From Octopus sinensis (taxonomy: Eukaryota), in the NCBI RefSeq assembly GCF_006345805.1, contig NC_042997.1:63426001-63490000 (forward strand): a stretch of 64,000 nucleotides of DNA, given 5' to 3'. Positions within the stretch are counted from its first letter, which is position 1; each line of letters opens with the position of its first letter. Positions 40,950-53,090 of this stretch are shown here, piece by piece. The translations under genes and the position numbers were made by a program. The notes beneath the pieces are model-generated. The model saw only the letters and a program-made list of their open reading frames with translations. It had not been told where the DNA came from and did not search any database.

Positions 40950-41150
40950 TAATGGTTTCAAATTTGGCCAAAGGACAGGAACTTACAGAAAGAGGGAAAT
41001 CGTTTTTATTCAAACGCGGCACATGAGTGGTCCTTAGATTTCTTGAGAACATAAAGACGGAATGCTTAGTTGATCTCGATAGTATTTGAACCCAAAGAAC
41101 CAGAGGAAAAGGCGTTATGCTGTTTCTCCGACAAAATAACGATTCTGATA
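40950..41150 (-). mobile_element. Highly degenerate SINE family 1
   Basis: aatggtttcaaatttgg tail, gtatttgaacc B-box remnant, ctaacgattctg-like head. Confidence 0.55.
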
Positions 41151-41170
41151 GCTCAGAACACTAATACAAA

Positions 41171-41226
<56 letters not shown>

Positions 41227-41231
41227 ACTAC

Positions 41232-41270
<39 letters not shown>

Positions 41271-41271
<1 letters not shown>

Positions 41272-42058
41272 CACCGAGCCTTGGCCACGAACTGGAGGTT
41301 CAACCTCAGGAATGAGCAAGTGTCTCCGCTGTGCCGCATCAGTAATAGAGTGGATGAAACCATTGGCTCATATCACAAACGACTAGCTCAAAGCCAATAC
41401 ACGTTGTGGTGACACAAAGTCTCCGCTGTGCTGCATCTGCAACAGAATGGATGAAACTATTGCCCATTTCACGAACGACTTGCTTAAAATCACTACACGT
41501 TGTGGCGACATGATCAGGTGGCGACATGTTCAGGTGGCGAATATGCTACACTGGAAACTGCCAGAGAGAGGCAAGACGTGGTATTAGTACAAACCACAGT
41601 GAGAGGCCGAGTCGGAGACTATCAAAATCCTCTGAGGTTCCTCAATCCAAATAGAACAGGTGCTACAGCATAAAAGACTGGATCTAGTGGTGGTGGACAA
41701 GATGCACCATATACACTATATAGTTGATTTTGCATGCCCTTTTGATCTTCGAATAATCAAGAAGGATGGCGAAAAGATAGATAAATACAAATCTCCCGGC
41801 TATGGAAAATGAGGAAGGAGAAAATAGTGCCAATTATTGTTAGGTCCTTGGGAACTCTATCAGAAGGCATCAAGGAGAATATAAAGGAAAGTGTTATAGA
41901 GTCCCCAGTAGGACCGTTACAAAAGATTTGCCTCCTTGGCACTGCCAGAATAACCAGGAAAGTGTGAGATAGCTGAACAGAATGGATATCATGGTAGCGT
42001 GTAGCAAGTTCACTATGCATGTAAGACTCCAGGGGCTCAAAAACCTGTGATAAAGAGA

Positions 42059-42060
<2 letters not shown>
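41271..42060 (+). mobile_element. R4/Dong 3' fragment (family D)
   Basis: SPLCRICNRMDETIAH (duplicated), WRHDQVANMLHWKL, HKR.DLVVVDK, IVDFACPFD, EKIDKY, LQKICLLGTARI; (AAT)n on both sides. Confidence 0.85.
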
Positions 42061-42096
<36 letters not shown>

Positions 42097-42201
42097 CAAT
42101 AATAATAATAATAATAATGACGATGATGATAATGATAATAATAATGATATTAACAACAACAACAACAACAATAATAATAATAACAACAACAACAATAATA
42201 A

Positions 42202-42708
42202 ATGCTTTGATGCAGTACCATATAGCGTCTCTAATGGCTTTTTGATCTTAACTGATTAGAAGAGTCATCATGTACATTTTTATGTCTTGTTATAAAAGAT
42301 GGGGTACAGCAAATATTCTGCTCACTACTACAGATTTTCTTGTCAGCTGCTTACCCTTAATCAGTTGAGCATGTCACTTAGTGCATGACGATATGTGTAT
42401 CTCTGATCATGCGCAGAAGTAGTGAGGGATCATCATAGCCACATGTTGAGAGGAATTCTTTGAATAATTCACCTCAGGAAATATGGATGTTTGGTCTATC
42501 GTATTTAAACAAAACATATTTAGAGGCCTTTTCAGCAGGATGGACTATATTTGTCTTCGTATAAGATCACAATGTCACGCCACGCACATATGGTTGTGCT
42601 GCATGCGCTTGGTGTACCTTTATCAGATAGGTAGTCATGATGGGTAAACTGGGCTTCGTATATTTATACTCGAGTGTCACTTTGATGGCATGTACTACTC
42701 TCTCACTC
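42202..42708. mobile_element. Non-coding interspersed element in (AAT)n, copy 2
   Basis: See copy 1; extends further right and ends ctctctcactc(aat)n. Confidence 0.75.
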
Positions 42709-42721
42709 AATAATAATAATA

Positions 42722-42760
<39 letters not shown>

Positions 42761-43833
42761 GTTTTCCTTTCTACTTCAGAAGGAACGAAAACTGATACAA
42801 ATAGCGGCAAAACACGAGCAAAACAAAAAGCTGTTCTCAGTATTTAAGGAAGCAGACAAATACAAACAAGAAATCATACCACCTAATAAATATGAACAAG
42901 ATGAAAAAACAACAAAAGCTATAAAACAAATGAAATCCAAACTAAAAACAGAACAGCAACGAACCATGATAAAACGATGGCAAGAAAAACCCCTTCATGG
43001 TAAATACTGGACTAAACTAAATGCAAAAGAAATAGACAAAGAAAAATCCCAGCAATGGTTGAGAAGCTCAGGACTCAAAGCAGAGACAGAGGGATTTTTA
43101 ATTGCAGCACAAGACCAAAGCCTTCCCACCAGAAATTACCAAAAACATGTAATGAAAAGAAATATAACAAGTAACTGCAGAATATGTGGAGATGGACAAG
43201 AAACAATAAATCATATTATCTCTGGCTGTCCAGTCCTGGCTAAGAAGGAATATATTCACAGACAGGACAGAGTTGGGACCTACATACACTGGAAGCTATG
43301 CCAACATTATGGAATAACAACAACAAAAAGATGGTATAGGCACACACCAGAAAAGGTCACAGAAAACGAGAAAGCAACCATACTACGGGATATGCCGATA
43401 CACACAGATAGAGAAATTAAGGCCAACAGGCCAGATATAGTTGTCAGAGATCATGAAGAAAAAAATGCTTTCTAATTGATGTATCAATACCGGCAGATGA
43501 CAACGTGTCTCTAAAAGAAATGGAGAAACTTTCAAAATACAAAGACCTGGAAATAGAGGTAACCAGAATGTGGAATCTAAAAGCAGAAACAATGTAGGTG
43601 CATTAGGCATGATAAAAACATATTCAGACAAATACATAACAAAAACACCAGGACTTACTAACACATATAACATACAGAAAATTGCACTACTAGGCACTGC
43701 ATACATCCTACGCAGAACACTTTCCATACAATAACCATCAGAGCATCACAACAAATCACAGCACATACCTAAGGCACACAGAGCTGCGCTCGGTAGTGAA
43801 GTGAAAGCACGCTATAAAAATAAAACTACTGAA
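42761..43833 (+). mobile_element. R4/Dong 3' fragment (family A, young)
   Basis: WQEKPLHGKY, ETEGFLIAAQDQSL, CRICGDGQETINHIISGC, RQDRV (RHD), RPDIVV, LIDVSIP, EKLSKYKDL, LLGTAYILR; 3' UTR then (AAT)n. Confidence 0.95.
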
Positions 43834-43837
43834 TGAC

Positions 43838-43872
<35 letters not shown>

Positions 43873-43889
43873 GAACAACAACAAAAACA

Positions 43890-45052
43890 ACTAGAATTAA
43901 CAGAGCAGCCTGACACAATTGGCCTAAACAATTACCTAAAATCTCTGATGACAGAAACAAAATACATGAAAATAAAAAGCATCATGCTCAGTAACAAAGC
44001 AGGCAAAGAAATATCTAAGTGAATTCCAAATACAACAAATCCTAACATTAGACGTATTAGAAACAAGCACAGAAAAAACTCAGCGTATAAAAACCCTTGC
44101 CAAAACTGCTGCCTTAGATATTCTTACTGATAAAAGGCAAGAAAAACCCCTCAATAGCAAATACCCAATGAGAGCTAATTATGCTGATGTTGACAAACAC
44201 CTTACCCATCGATGGATAGTGTCCTGTAGTTTCAACTCAGAGACAGAAGGGTTTATCATAGCAGCTCAATGCCTACCTACAAGAAGTTACCTGACCAACA
44301 TCTTAAAGAACGGCAGTAGACCAGCATGTCGTGTATGTAAACAACAAAATGAAACCATTGATCATGTTGTTTCCATGTGCAGTCTGCTTGCGCTTACAGA
44401 GTATTTCAACAGGCATGATAGAGCAGCACAATATATTCAGTGGGTAATTTGCAAACACTCGGACCTGCTCTATGGCAAAACCTGGTAGGAACATTAGCTA
44501 CCTCCAGTGCTTACGAATGACCACATCTCACTCTTTTGGAACTTCACCATGCAAACTGATAGAATGTTAGATGCAAGTATGCCCGACGTTATATTGAAAT
44601 TATTTCAGACAAATATCATACCGACTCATCGATATGGCTGTCCCAATATAACGGCGAAAGAATTTGACAAGATCAGTAAATATAAAGACTTGCTAACAGA
44701 AATTGAGAAAATGTGGAATCTCAAGGCGACTACAGTACCAGTGATTGTAGGATCTCTAGGAATGTTGAAAAGGGTACTGAAACCTATTTGAAAATGATAC
44801 CAGGTTTACCATCCCTACAGGAAGGGCAAAAAACCGTGTTAACTGGAACGGCTCATGTACTGAGAAGAGCATTATCGCTGTGAAAGCGACATTCATGCAT
44901 AAATTTATTTATTTATTAATTTTTTAAAATACATATTTTACCCGTGAATTTGCGTGTGTAATCTGGGAATGCATACAATGAGCTTCACTGCCCTAGGTCT
45001 ACGGAAAACACTCGGCCAGAAACGGAAGAAAATTTGAAGAAAGAAGGAAACA
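43890..45052 (+). mobile_element. R4/Dong 3' fragment (family B)
   Basis: ETEGFIIAAQ, CRVCKQQNETIDHVVSMC, RHDRAA, PDVIL, KISKYKDL, VPVIVGSLG; ends at (AAT)n. Confidence 0.9.
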
Positions 45053-45084
45053 AATAATAATAATGATAATTGATGATTGTTATG

Positions 45085-45665
45085 ATGATGCACCACATAT
45101 GCTTTATGGCTGATGTTGCGTGCCCCTTTGACACCCGAAGAGTCAAGAATAATGGCTAAAAAAAACTATACCCTCCGTTTTCCTGTATATATACAGATAT
45201 ATACAACTCGGCCATGGAAAATGAAGAAATCGAAGATTGTGCCAATAATGTTAGTTCCTTGGGAACAGTATCAGAAAGCATCCACAGGAATATCGAAGAA
45301 ATAGAAATAGAGTGCCTATTAGAACTGTCACAAAGGTTTGCCTTCTTGGCACGGCCAGAATAATTAGCAAAGTATTAGATAGTTGAAAAGTACAGTTAGG
45401 AAACCGGATATTGTTGTGGTGAATAAAAAACAAAGAACGCGTATGTTAATCGACATAGCTGGCTCCGGTGACAACAGAAGCTATGTGGAAGAAGAATGAA
45501 CTGTGACGATTTGAAGTGGGAAATACATAGGTTGAGGTCAATGAACTAAGGATACGTGATACCAATAGTAATTGGGGCACATCGAAGTATCAGCACTCAA
45601 CAACCATCATGGCTGAAAATATTTGGTGCAAGCGTGAAGGTTGAACCCCAATAAAAATCAGCATT
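45085..45665 (+). mobile_element. Two abutting short R4/Dong RLE relics (D-like, then another family)
   Basis: 45085-45390 resembles 41720-41980. 45395-45665 reads RKPDIVVVNKK..LIDIA..DLKWEI..IPIVIGA. Confidence 0.75.
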
Positions 45666-48657
45666 ATAAATATACAATATACAAATATATCTCTTTCGTG
45701 ACACGAAAGAGATATATTTGTATATTTCTAATCCAGTCTGTTAAAACAACGCACCAAAGCTGATTGCTTTGAGGATGGCCGTCAAGTAACGATATTCGAT
45801 CCAAAGTAAAGTTTTCACTCGAATCTGCTTCATCTGGTGTCATCGAAGCCTACTATGACGTTTTAGATGAAGAAATTTTGGATATGTAGCTCAGTAATTA
45901 GGTCTTTTTATTCTTTTGTAACCGGGAAAGACATGATTAGGTTCTGGTAACTGAATCCAAGCCTACATTCCTATTTAACTCAACCGTTCAAATTACAAAT
46001 TTACCAAGTGTTGTCGACTAGTTTAAATTGTCTGTACTCCACACTATCTGTATCAGCTGGCAATGGAAATTCTAGATACCCATATGGTAGCTCATGTCTG
46101 TTGGTACGTTCAGAATTCCCACCTAAACTGAGCAGATTTGCAAAACTTTTTCAACCCTCTCTTTTAAAATGCAAACCTTACACTAGCGATGCAGTTGGAT
46201 AAATTCCTTGCTAAGTTTCTATCTTTCCCAATAAATGTTGGGTCGTCGCCTGTTCGAGACATAAATGGTCACTACTCTGAATGCACTGCTTTACTGAAAC
46301 TTGCATTTAGTACCATGAAAAAATATATTTGTTTAGAAAAAAATCTCACCGTATCTCGAATTGCAGGTCGTTCCCAAACTATGCTGTGATCCTATCAGCC
46401 GATTGCGATAGGCTTACAAGTTGAGCCCACCTCGTATTCCGTCGAATGTTGCTTTCAGCTTACGCCTTTGAGAAGTTCCAGTTTTATTGTTGGATGAAAG
46501 GGAAATAATGAAAAGACTCGCTACGTCTCATTCACTCTTTTTTCTAAAACTATGCCTTATGTAAAAGTTTTAAGCTCCAAAGCGTTGGTGTCTGTTTATA
46601 TTAATAGCCTGTGTTGAGTTGTCTTCACGACATTTACTTCTATATTTGTGAGAATCTCCGTGATTTTGACGACTTTATCCATAAAACCGCTCTTTCTCTT
46701 TTGAACAACAGTGAAGTTTGTGCTAAATAGGGTAGGGGTTTCTGTATTTAGTTCTACGTTTAATTGTTTTCCTGTAAGTGGTTTTCTTTTTGTGACTATT
46801 TTGTAATCATAGCTATGGTTGTATTTCTGTGTTTGTGCGTATTCTATAAGCAATTTCAGTGATGTTGATGAGTGGGTTATATAGAAATTTCCTACTTCTT
46901 CGTCATGCTTTGTGCTTGACTTTTATATTGGAGAATGCTTTCTGGAATTATTTGTTCTCTTCCTACTTAATGAAGTGTTCCGCTAATGCTTTGTTTTGCC
47001 ATCATCTCACAAACGCTATGATATCTGGTTTGGGACGAAGGGGTCGCAAGTACAATAAGTGAGTACCAGTTGATTTTGTGCAGCATAAATTATGGATGAT
47101 CGATCTAAACCCGCATCTATGACGGTCGTCGAATTGTTGTTTACAAGACTGGGGTCCTGGTCTTTATCACTATTGTTGTTATTTTTGGGAATGATCTCGA
47201 ACACTCCTGATAGTGTTGCTGCTGCTGCTATCGTAATAGTTTGTAGCGAAGCTCCTATTTCTGTGGTTGTTACGCTTGTGGTGAGACAGCAATGCAAACT
47301 TTCATTCTGTTGCTGCTACAACATATCAGGCAGCCAACCCTTTTGCATTCCATCATTATATATCAATTCTAGATTTCTCCCAAAGTTCAAGAATTTTGTT
47401 AATTTTTTTTGGCTTTAACCTTAGATGAAAAATTATTGGCTGCTTTCTCTGCAATGTCTTTGAATATCTAGAAGTGAATCATTTTTTTTGAACAACGCAT
47501 TCCATCATCGCTGGAGGTCCATTTGTGGTAGAATTTAAGTATAGTAATCAGAATAATAGCCTTATTTATGCATAGGCAATAGACTGCCTCTGTGCATGTG
47601 CTATTCAGAGGGATTTCCAATATTACCTTTATTCTTTGTGAGTGATTTAGTGATTGGATCTAAAATGACACACCAATATATTGCAGTTCTTTTGTTCATT
47701 TCTCCAAAACAACTGGAAACACAGCCATTACAGATCCGACTAACGCATTCCCCTCGTCTTTCTTGTGCATACTTAATTTTTACTGTGCAGTTCTTACAAA
47801 TAAAGTGGCGTTTGTTGTGGTTTGGCGAAATTTCTGCTGTTGTTAGTGGTGAATCCGACCGCTACAGGCTCTGGTGTTGCTGCTGTGGTGGCGGTGGTGA
47901 TGGTGATATAACAGTTGCTGTTCGTGCTATTGCTGTTGTAGTTTGTTTCCCTTGAGGATAAAGACGTTTGATTAATTGGATTCCAAAGTGTTACCTCTGT
48001 TCTGGTTGTAGCTCATAATGTTGTTATCGTTGATACTTTTATGTTGTAATTATAGCTTGTTTGAAAAGCTTTCACTGTCCCTATTATTGTTTTTGTTGCG
48101 GTTGTTGATGTTGTCGGTCTTATCCATTCTATTGTGATCATTGTTATTCTTGCCGCTCAGGTTTTGTTTTATATTATAGTGGTTATTTCTGCTGTTTTCT
48201 AATCCATTTTATGCGTCGATATCATGGCTCTTAATGTGCCGTTATTTGTTGACTTGTCAGTATATTAATTTAGTTCCGATTTCCTCTTTCACATTCTCAA
48301 CTTGCTTCGGTTCCCCTCTGTGTTTCTCTTGTTCTTCTGTCATAAATATTACAACACTTTGCTCAGTATTGATGCTTGCCTTTTCAAATACACATCCCAA
48401 TTTTGATGTTGCAATGTATTGAAGTATGCAGCATCACAGAAACAGGGCTTAATACAACAGAGAAAAGTGCACAGTAATATGGGTCATGAATCTCTCTAAC
48501 GAAATCTTTCTTTTAAAAAAAAAGCTTAATCAAAATTCCATTCAAGCAACAAAAAAAAAACATTATATGAAACAGAGATCAGTGTAGTTTCTAATATTTT
48601 TTGTAAATAATAGCAATAACAACCACTACAGCAACAACAATAGCAACAATAATAATA

Positions 48658-48838
48658 GGGAGAGTTTACGAAAACAACAAAAGACGAAAACAGGTGGTGT
48701 ACAAAAATAAAGATGTATTAGTATAACGCTCAGGAATAGAAAAAGTCGTTTACGTTTCGAGCCTACGCTCTTCTACAGCAAGGGACAGAAGAGAAAGGAG
48801 AGAAAAATGTGTGTAGTCGCTAACGATCTATCATGGCG
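48658..48838 (-). mobile_element. Short element with a hammerhead-like motif and (TTA)n end (PLE-terminus-like)
   Basis: Minus strand CTGTAGA-A-GAGC-GTAG-GCTC-GAAA-CG-TA at 48778-48750. Confidence 0.45.
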
Positions 48839-50161
48839 ACTAGTATGATAATAATACAGATAATGATAGAGATGATAAGTAATCACAACGAAGACAAAAT
48901 ACGCTTTAAGTTGAATAAGCTAATGGCAGCTTTAAGTAGAATCCTCAGTGTGAAAATGGGATACCGGATGAAGGGCTTAAGAAAAGACTAGAAAGAGATT
49001 TTACGAAACGGCATTGAGATAGAGTATACCGAGAGGAAACAAAGAAGAGTGACAGTCAATGCAAAATCTAAATAGCACAATACTAGCAATTTACCCTATA
49101 GACTGAGTAGATCATGCCATTCTAATCAGAGAAAAGTTGTCTGATGAAGTAGAGAGTAAAAGAAATGAAGTAGTTATTCTGGATGTAGAATAAAGGGAAA
49201 TTTGAGAAACTTGCAACTCGAATCTGATCTGAAACGAATAATTCTATATTAGGATTTATTTCTTGAGACTATCTCTGTGTTACTCGAAGAAAAATTCTAA
49301 TTACTGTGCAATTAGTTGAAATTTTCTGCACTGTATTGTTTTCCATGTCCCTCATAGTGCTGCATAGGATAACGAGATGACTTCTCTTGAAGCGTTTACT
49401 AGTGCTGATTGCCATCGATCTATAAATAATAGACAGACCACAAAACCAGTATCTTTCCGAATATTCAACTTCTTTATTTGGCCATACTTCATCCTAATAT
49501 TTTTCTGTTTAAGTTGATGCAGGAAAGTTTTGATTTCAATACGGCTCTCGGTTATGGAACGTCTCTGTTTTCTCTCCACATAATATGTCGACACGGCGAG
49601 ATTATCAGGTGCCAATAGCGATGGTAGTAGAATATGTGCTACTAAGGCTTCTGTTACTGATACTGATGTCCGTATTTATTTATACCTCTTCCTATGATGC
49701 CTCTTCTCCTTCCTGTCTTAGCTTGTAATTGCTGTTTCCGTTATTTTTTCGATTCTAGTCTTGCTATTTCTGCTTCCCGCGTGTTGTTTCTGTATCGTGT
49801 GCTGCTATTGTTATTTTTGATGTTGCTCATGCACTGGCGCTCCTTTGTGCATGATTGTCGGTCGCTGTTTTGTTTTTAATGATTATTACGGCTTTTCGGG
49901 AATCCTTTTTGTTTATAAATAAAAATGAAATTTTACAACTGCAGATATTTTCAAAAGATTTTTCGAAGTGTTTCTTACACGAACAATTGCACCTCAACTA
50001 TCTGAATCAGTTCAGTATTAAAATAATAATAACAGCTCCAGAAAATAACGTTATTAGGGATATCTAGGATACTTAGTAGGGTTATTGGCATCTAAGATTA
50101 CTTGTTGTAGCCTGATGTTACGCATTTTTTCTTTTCCAACAATCCAATCTGTTGTGTTTAT

Positions 50162-50162
50162 A

Positions 50163-50238
<76 letters not shown>

Positions 50239-50410
50239 GAAGAAGAAGAAGAAGAAGAAGAAGAATGAAGAGAAAAGAATAAGAAGAAGAAGAAGAAGCA
50301 GAAGAAGAAGAAGAAGAAGAAGAAGAAGAAGAAGAAGAAGAAGAGGAAAAAGAAGAAGAAGAAGAAGAAGAAGAAGAAGAAGAGAAGAAGAAGAAGAAGA
50401 AGAAGAATAA
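50162..50410. repeat. (AAT)n-(AAG)n compound microsatellite
   Basis: Direct reading. Confidence 0.95.
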
Positions 50411-51454
50411 AAGCGTTAATGATATAGAAAAAGAGCATGGAAGTGTGATAGCGTGCTGCCGGGAAGGTAGATCAAATCAGAGACTATCACGAAGCAGGAA
50501 TTAAGGATCCGCAAAAACAATGCAAGAAAACTATGTCTTAATGCGAGCCATCTCAGGAAACTGAAAAATGTTTGTTATATGGAGTATATATATACAAAAC
50601 ATACTTTCCTCTTAGACAGCAAAATGTGCGTAAAAATGTAAACGATGCAATATTTCACTATGAAAACTGCAAACCTGTGAGTAAAATTTAAAAAATTTTG
50701 AATTTTAAATTTTAGTTACATATACATCCATATTTATACAAGACATATCTATATATGCACGTTGCTGTTTCTTCTCGGTCTCTCACTGATAATTCAACAA
50801 TAATTATAACTACGAAAGAAACATCAACACATGTCCATGGGTAGCTTTCAGTTAAAATACTAAACGCTGTAAAAACCAACCCATAACAAAACCAACCAAA
50901 CGAGAAAGAACGGTGGACAAATAACCATAAATACTATGAAATAATTGATTTATGATTTACGCACACTACTATGCAACACTCCAAAAATGTAAATACTCAA
51001 CAAAATGAAGAAAGCCCACCACATGTGCCATAGAAAGTCGATACTCGACAGAAGAACATAACCTGCGCTGCATAAACAACACACAACACAAAGCAACTAA
51101 TACAACAGAAGACTCAGGCCATACCTCATAACAAAACATACTGACACGATACAATATCGCCTCCTCAAGAAATGCAGCACACATCACCCCACCAGTAAAA
51201 GGTACAACATATGATGGAATAGAAAGTTGCTTGGAACTATAGATGTGGAAAATAATGGTAGTGATGACGTTGTTGTCGAACGTTACCTTACCGCAGTTTA
51301 TGAGAGATAGTTGTTTCCGAGGAAACTGGTTGTAACAGCGAAAAGGAAGCTGGACCTGTAAGAGAAGGCATCTTGCTCGGCAGTGTTTAAGTATAGATAC
51401 AGACTTACCACAGCTGTTATCCTAATATAACATCAGCAGATAATAGAGTAAGGG

Positions 51455-52450
51455 GGAGGAAGTGAGCCAGTGGAAAAAACGTGATAGTTATTCAGTGCTA
51501 CTTAGAAAGTGAACTTAAAAGAATGGGCTATAGAAAACGGATGTTAACACTGGGTAGAGGAGAGTATGTTTAAAGTGACTGAGCAGATATTAAAAGAAAC
51601 ATTTTCCAAGGGGACTCGTGATGCCCTTTAATATTTGTCTTATGTTTGATCCTCCTCAGTTTAGTATTAAGTAAATAAAAGGCAGGATATCAGTTCAGAA
51701 ATAGCAAGGATGAAAAAAAGATGGAAAAGAGATAGATTGTTTAACCCAGATTGTAAGTCTCCTATGTAGGTAATAGTGCAGAAATTTTATTAAAAGCTGC
51801 TAGAGTCACAGCAAAACATAGGGAAACCCAAAATCCAAAACGAAGTTAAAAACCAGAAAAGAGAACAGAAATTATCTGACTAGCAGGAGAAGGCGTTGCA
51901 TGGTAAATGCCCAAAGATAGTTGCAGCCAATAGTAGTAAGACATGGCTATGGTTATCGAAAGGAATGCTGAAAAGGGATACAGAAAGTTTGTTAGTAGCT
52001 GCACAAGATAAAGCATTAAGGACTAATTGGATAAATTCCAAGACAGAAAAAAAGGAGATTCCCAATGTAAGTAATGTAAATCAAAAGAGGAAAGCATTAC
52101 TCATATATTAAATGAATGTAGCATGCTGGTACAGAAAGAATACAAGAAAAGACAACATAGGGAGAATAGTCCATTGGAATTTATGTAGAAAGCAAAGATT
52201 TGAACAAACTAATAAATGGTATGAACATGAACGTAGTAAATCACTAGAATGTAAGAAATATAAGATGTTGTGGGTCTTTAACATTCAGATTGACAGAGCA
52301 ATAGAAACTAGAAGGTTTGATTTAATAATAGTTGATACAGAGTATAGAAAGTGGCAGATAATTATCTTTACTATCATAAATGATGAAAAGTCAATATGAG
52401 AGGTATAAAAAATAGCAAAATACCATGAACTAGCCATTTAATTAGAGAGA
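51455..52450 (+). mobile_element. R4/Dong relic with the N-terminus joined to the RLE region (RT absent)
   Basis: 51455-51580 RK*ASGKNVIVIQCYLESELKRMGYRKRMLTL; 51880-52450 *QEKALHGK, TESLLVAAQDKAL, EESITHILNEC, KWYEH, FNIQIDRAIETRR.DL; ends at (AAT)n. Confidence 0.8.
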
Positions 52451-52451
52451 C

Positions 52452-52503
<52 letters not shown>

Positions 52504-52631
52504 GTACTAATAATAATAAATAAATAAATAAACAAATAAATAAATAAATAAAACCTCCAATAGAACAGTTTAGCATGCGAAACAAACATAATCATTAATT
52601 TTATTACCCTGACATCAGTTTTAATGCAATA

Positions 52632-52846
52632 TTCTTTTCTACTCTTGGCACAAGGCCCGAAAGTTTTGGGAAGGGGGCCGTCGATTAGATCGAGTCCAGT
52701 ACGCAACTGGTACTTAATTTATCGAACCCGAGGAGATGGAAGCAAAATCGACCTCGACGGAATTTTGACTCAGAACGTAAAAGACAGACGAAATACTGCT
52801 AAAAACTTCGCCCGGCGTACTAACGTTTCTGCCTGCCTGTCACCTT
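52632..52846 (-). mobile_element. SINE family 1
   Basis: Near full-length copy. Confidence 0.9.
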
Positions 52847-52873
52847 AGTTTTAATGCATAATTACAATGATGA

Positions 52874-53090
52874 AAGGTGGCGAGCTGGCAGAGACATTAG
52901 CCTTCCGCGCCAATTGCTTAGCGGCATTTCGTCTGTCTTTATGTTCTGAGTTCAACCTCCGCCGAGGTCGACTTTGCCTTTCATCCCTTCGGGGTCGATA
53001 TATAAGTATCAGTTGATCCTTGGGTCAATGCAATCGACTTATCACCTCCTCCGAAATTGCTATCTTTGTGCTCAGATTTGAGGACAATAT
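52874..53090 (+). mobile_element. SINE family 1
   Basis: aaggtggcgagctggcagagac...gagttcaacctcc...ggtcgactttgcctttcatcc. Confidence 0.9.
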
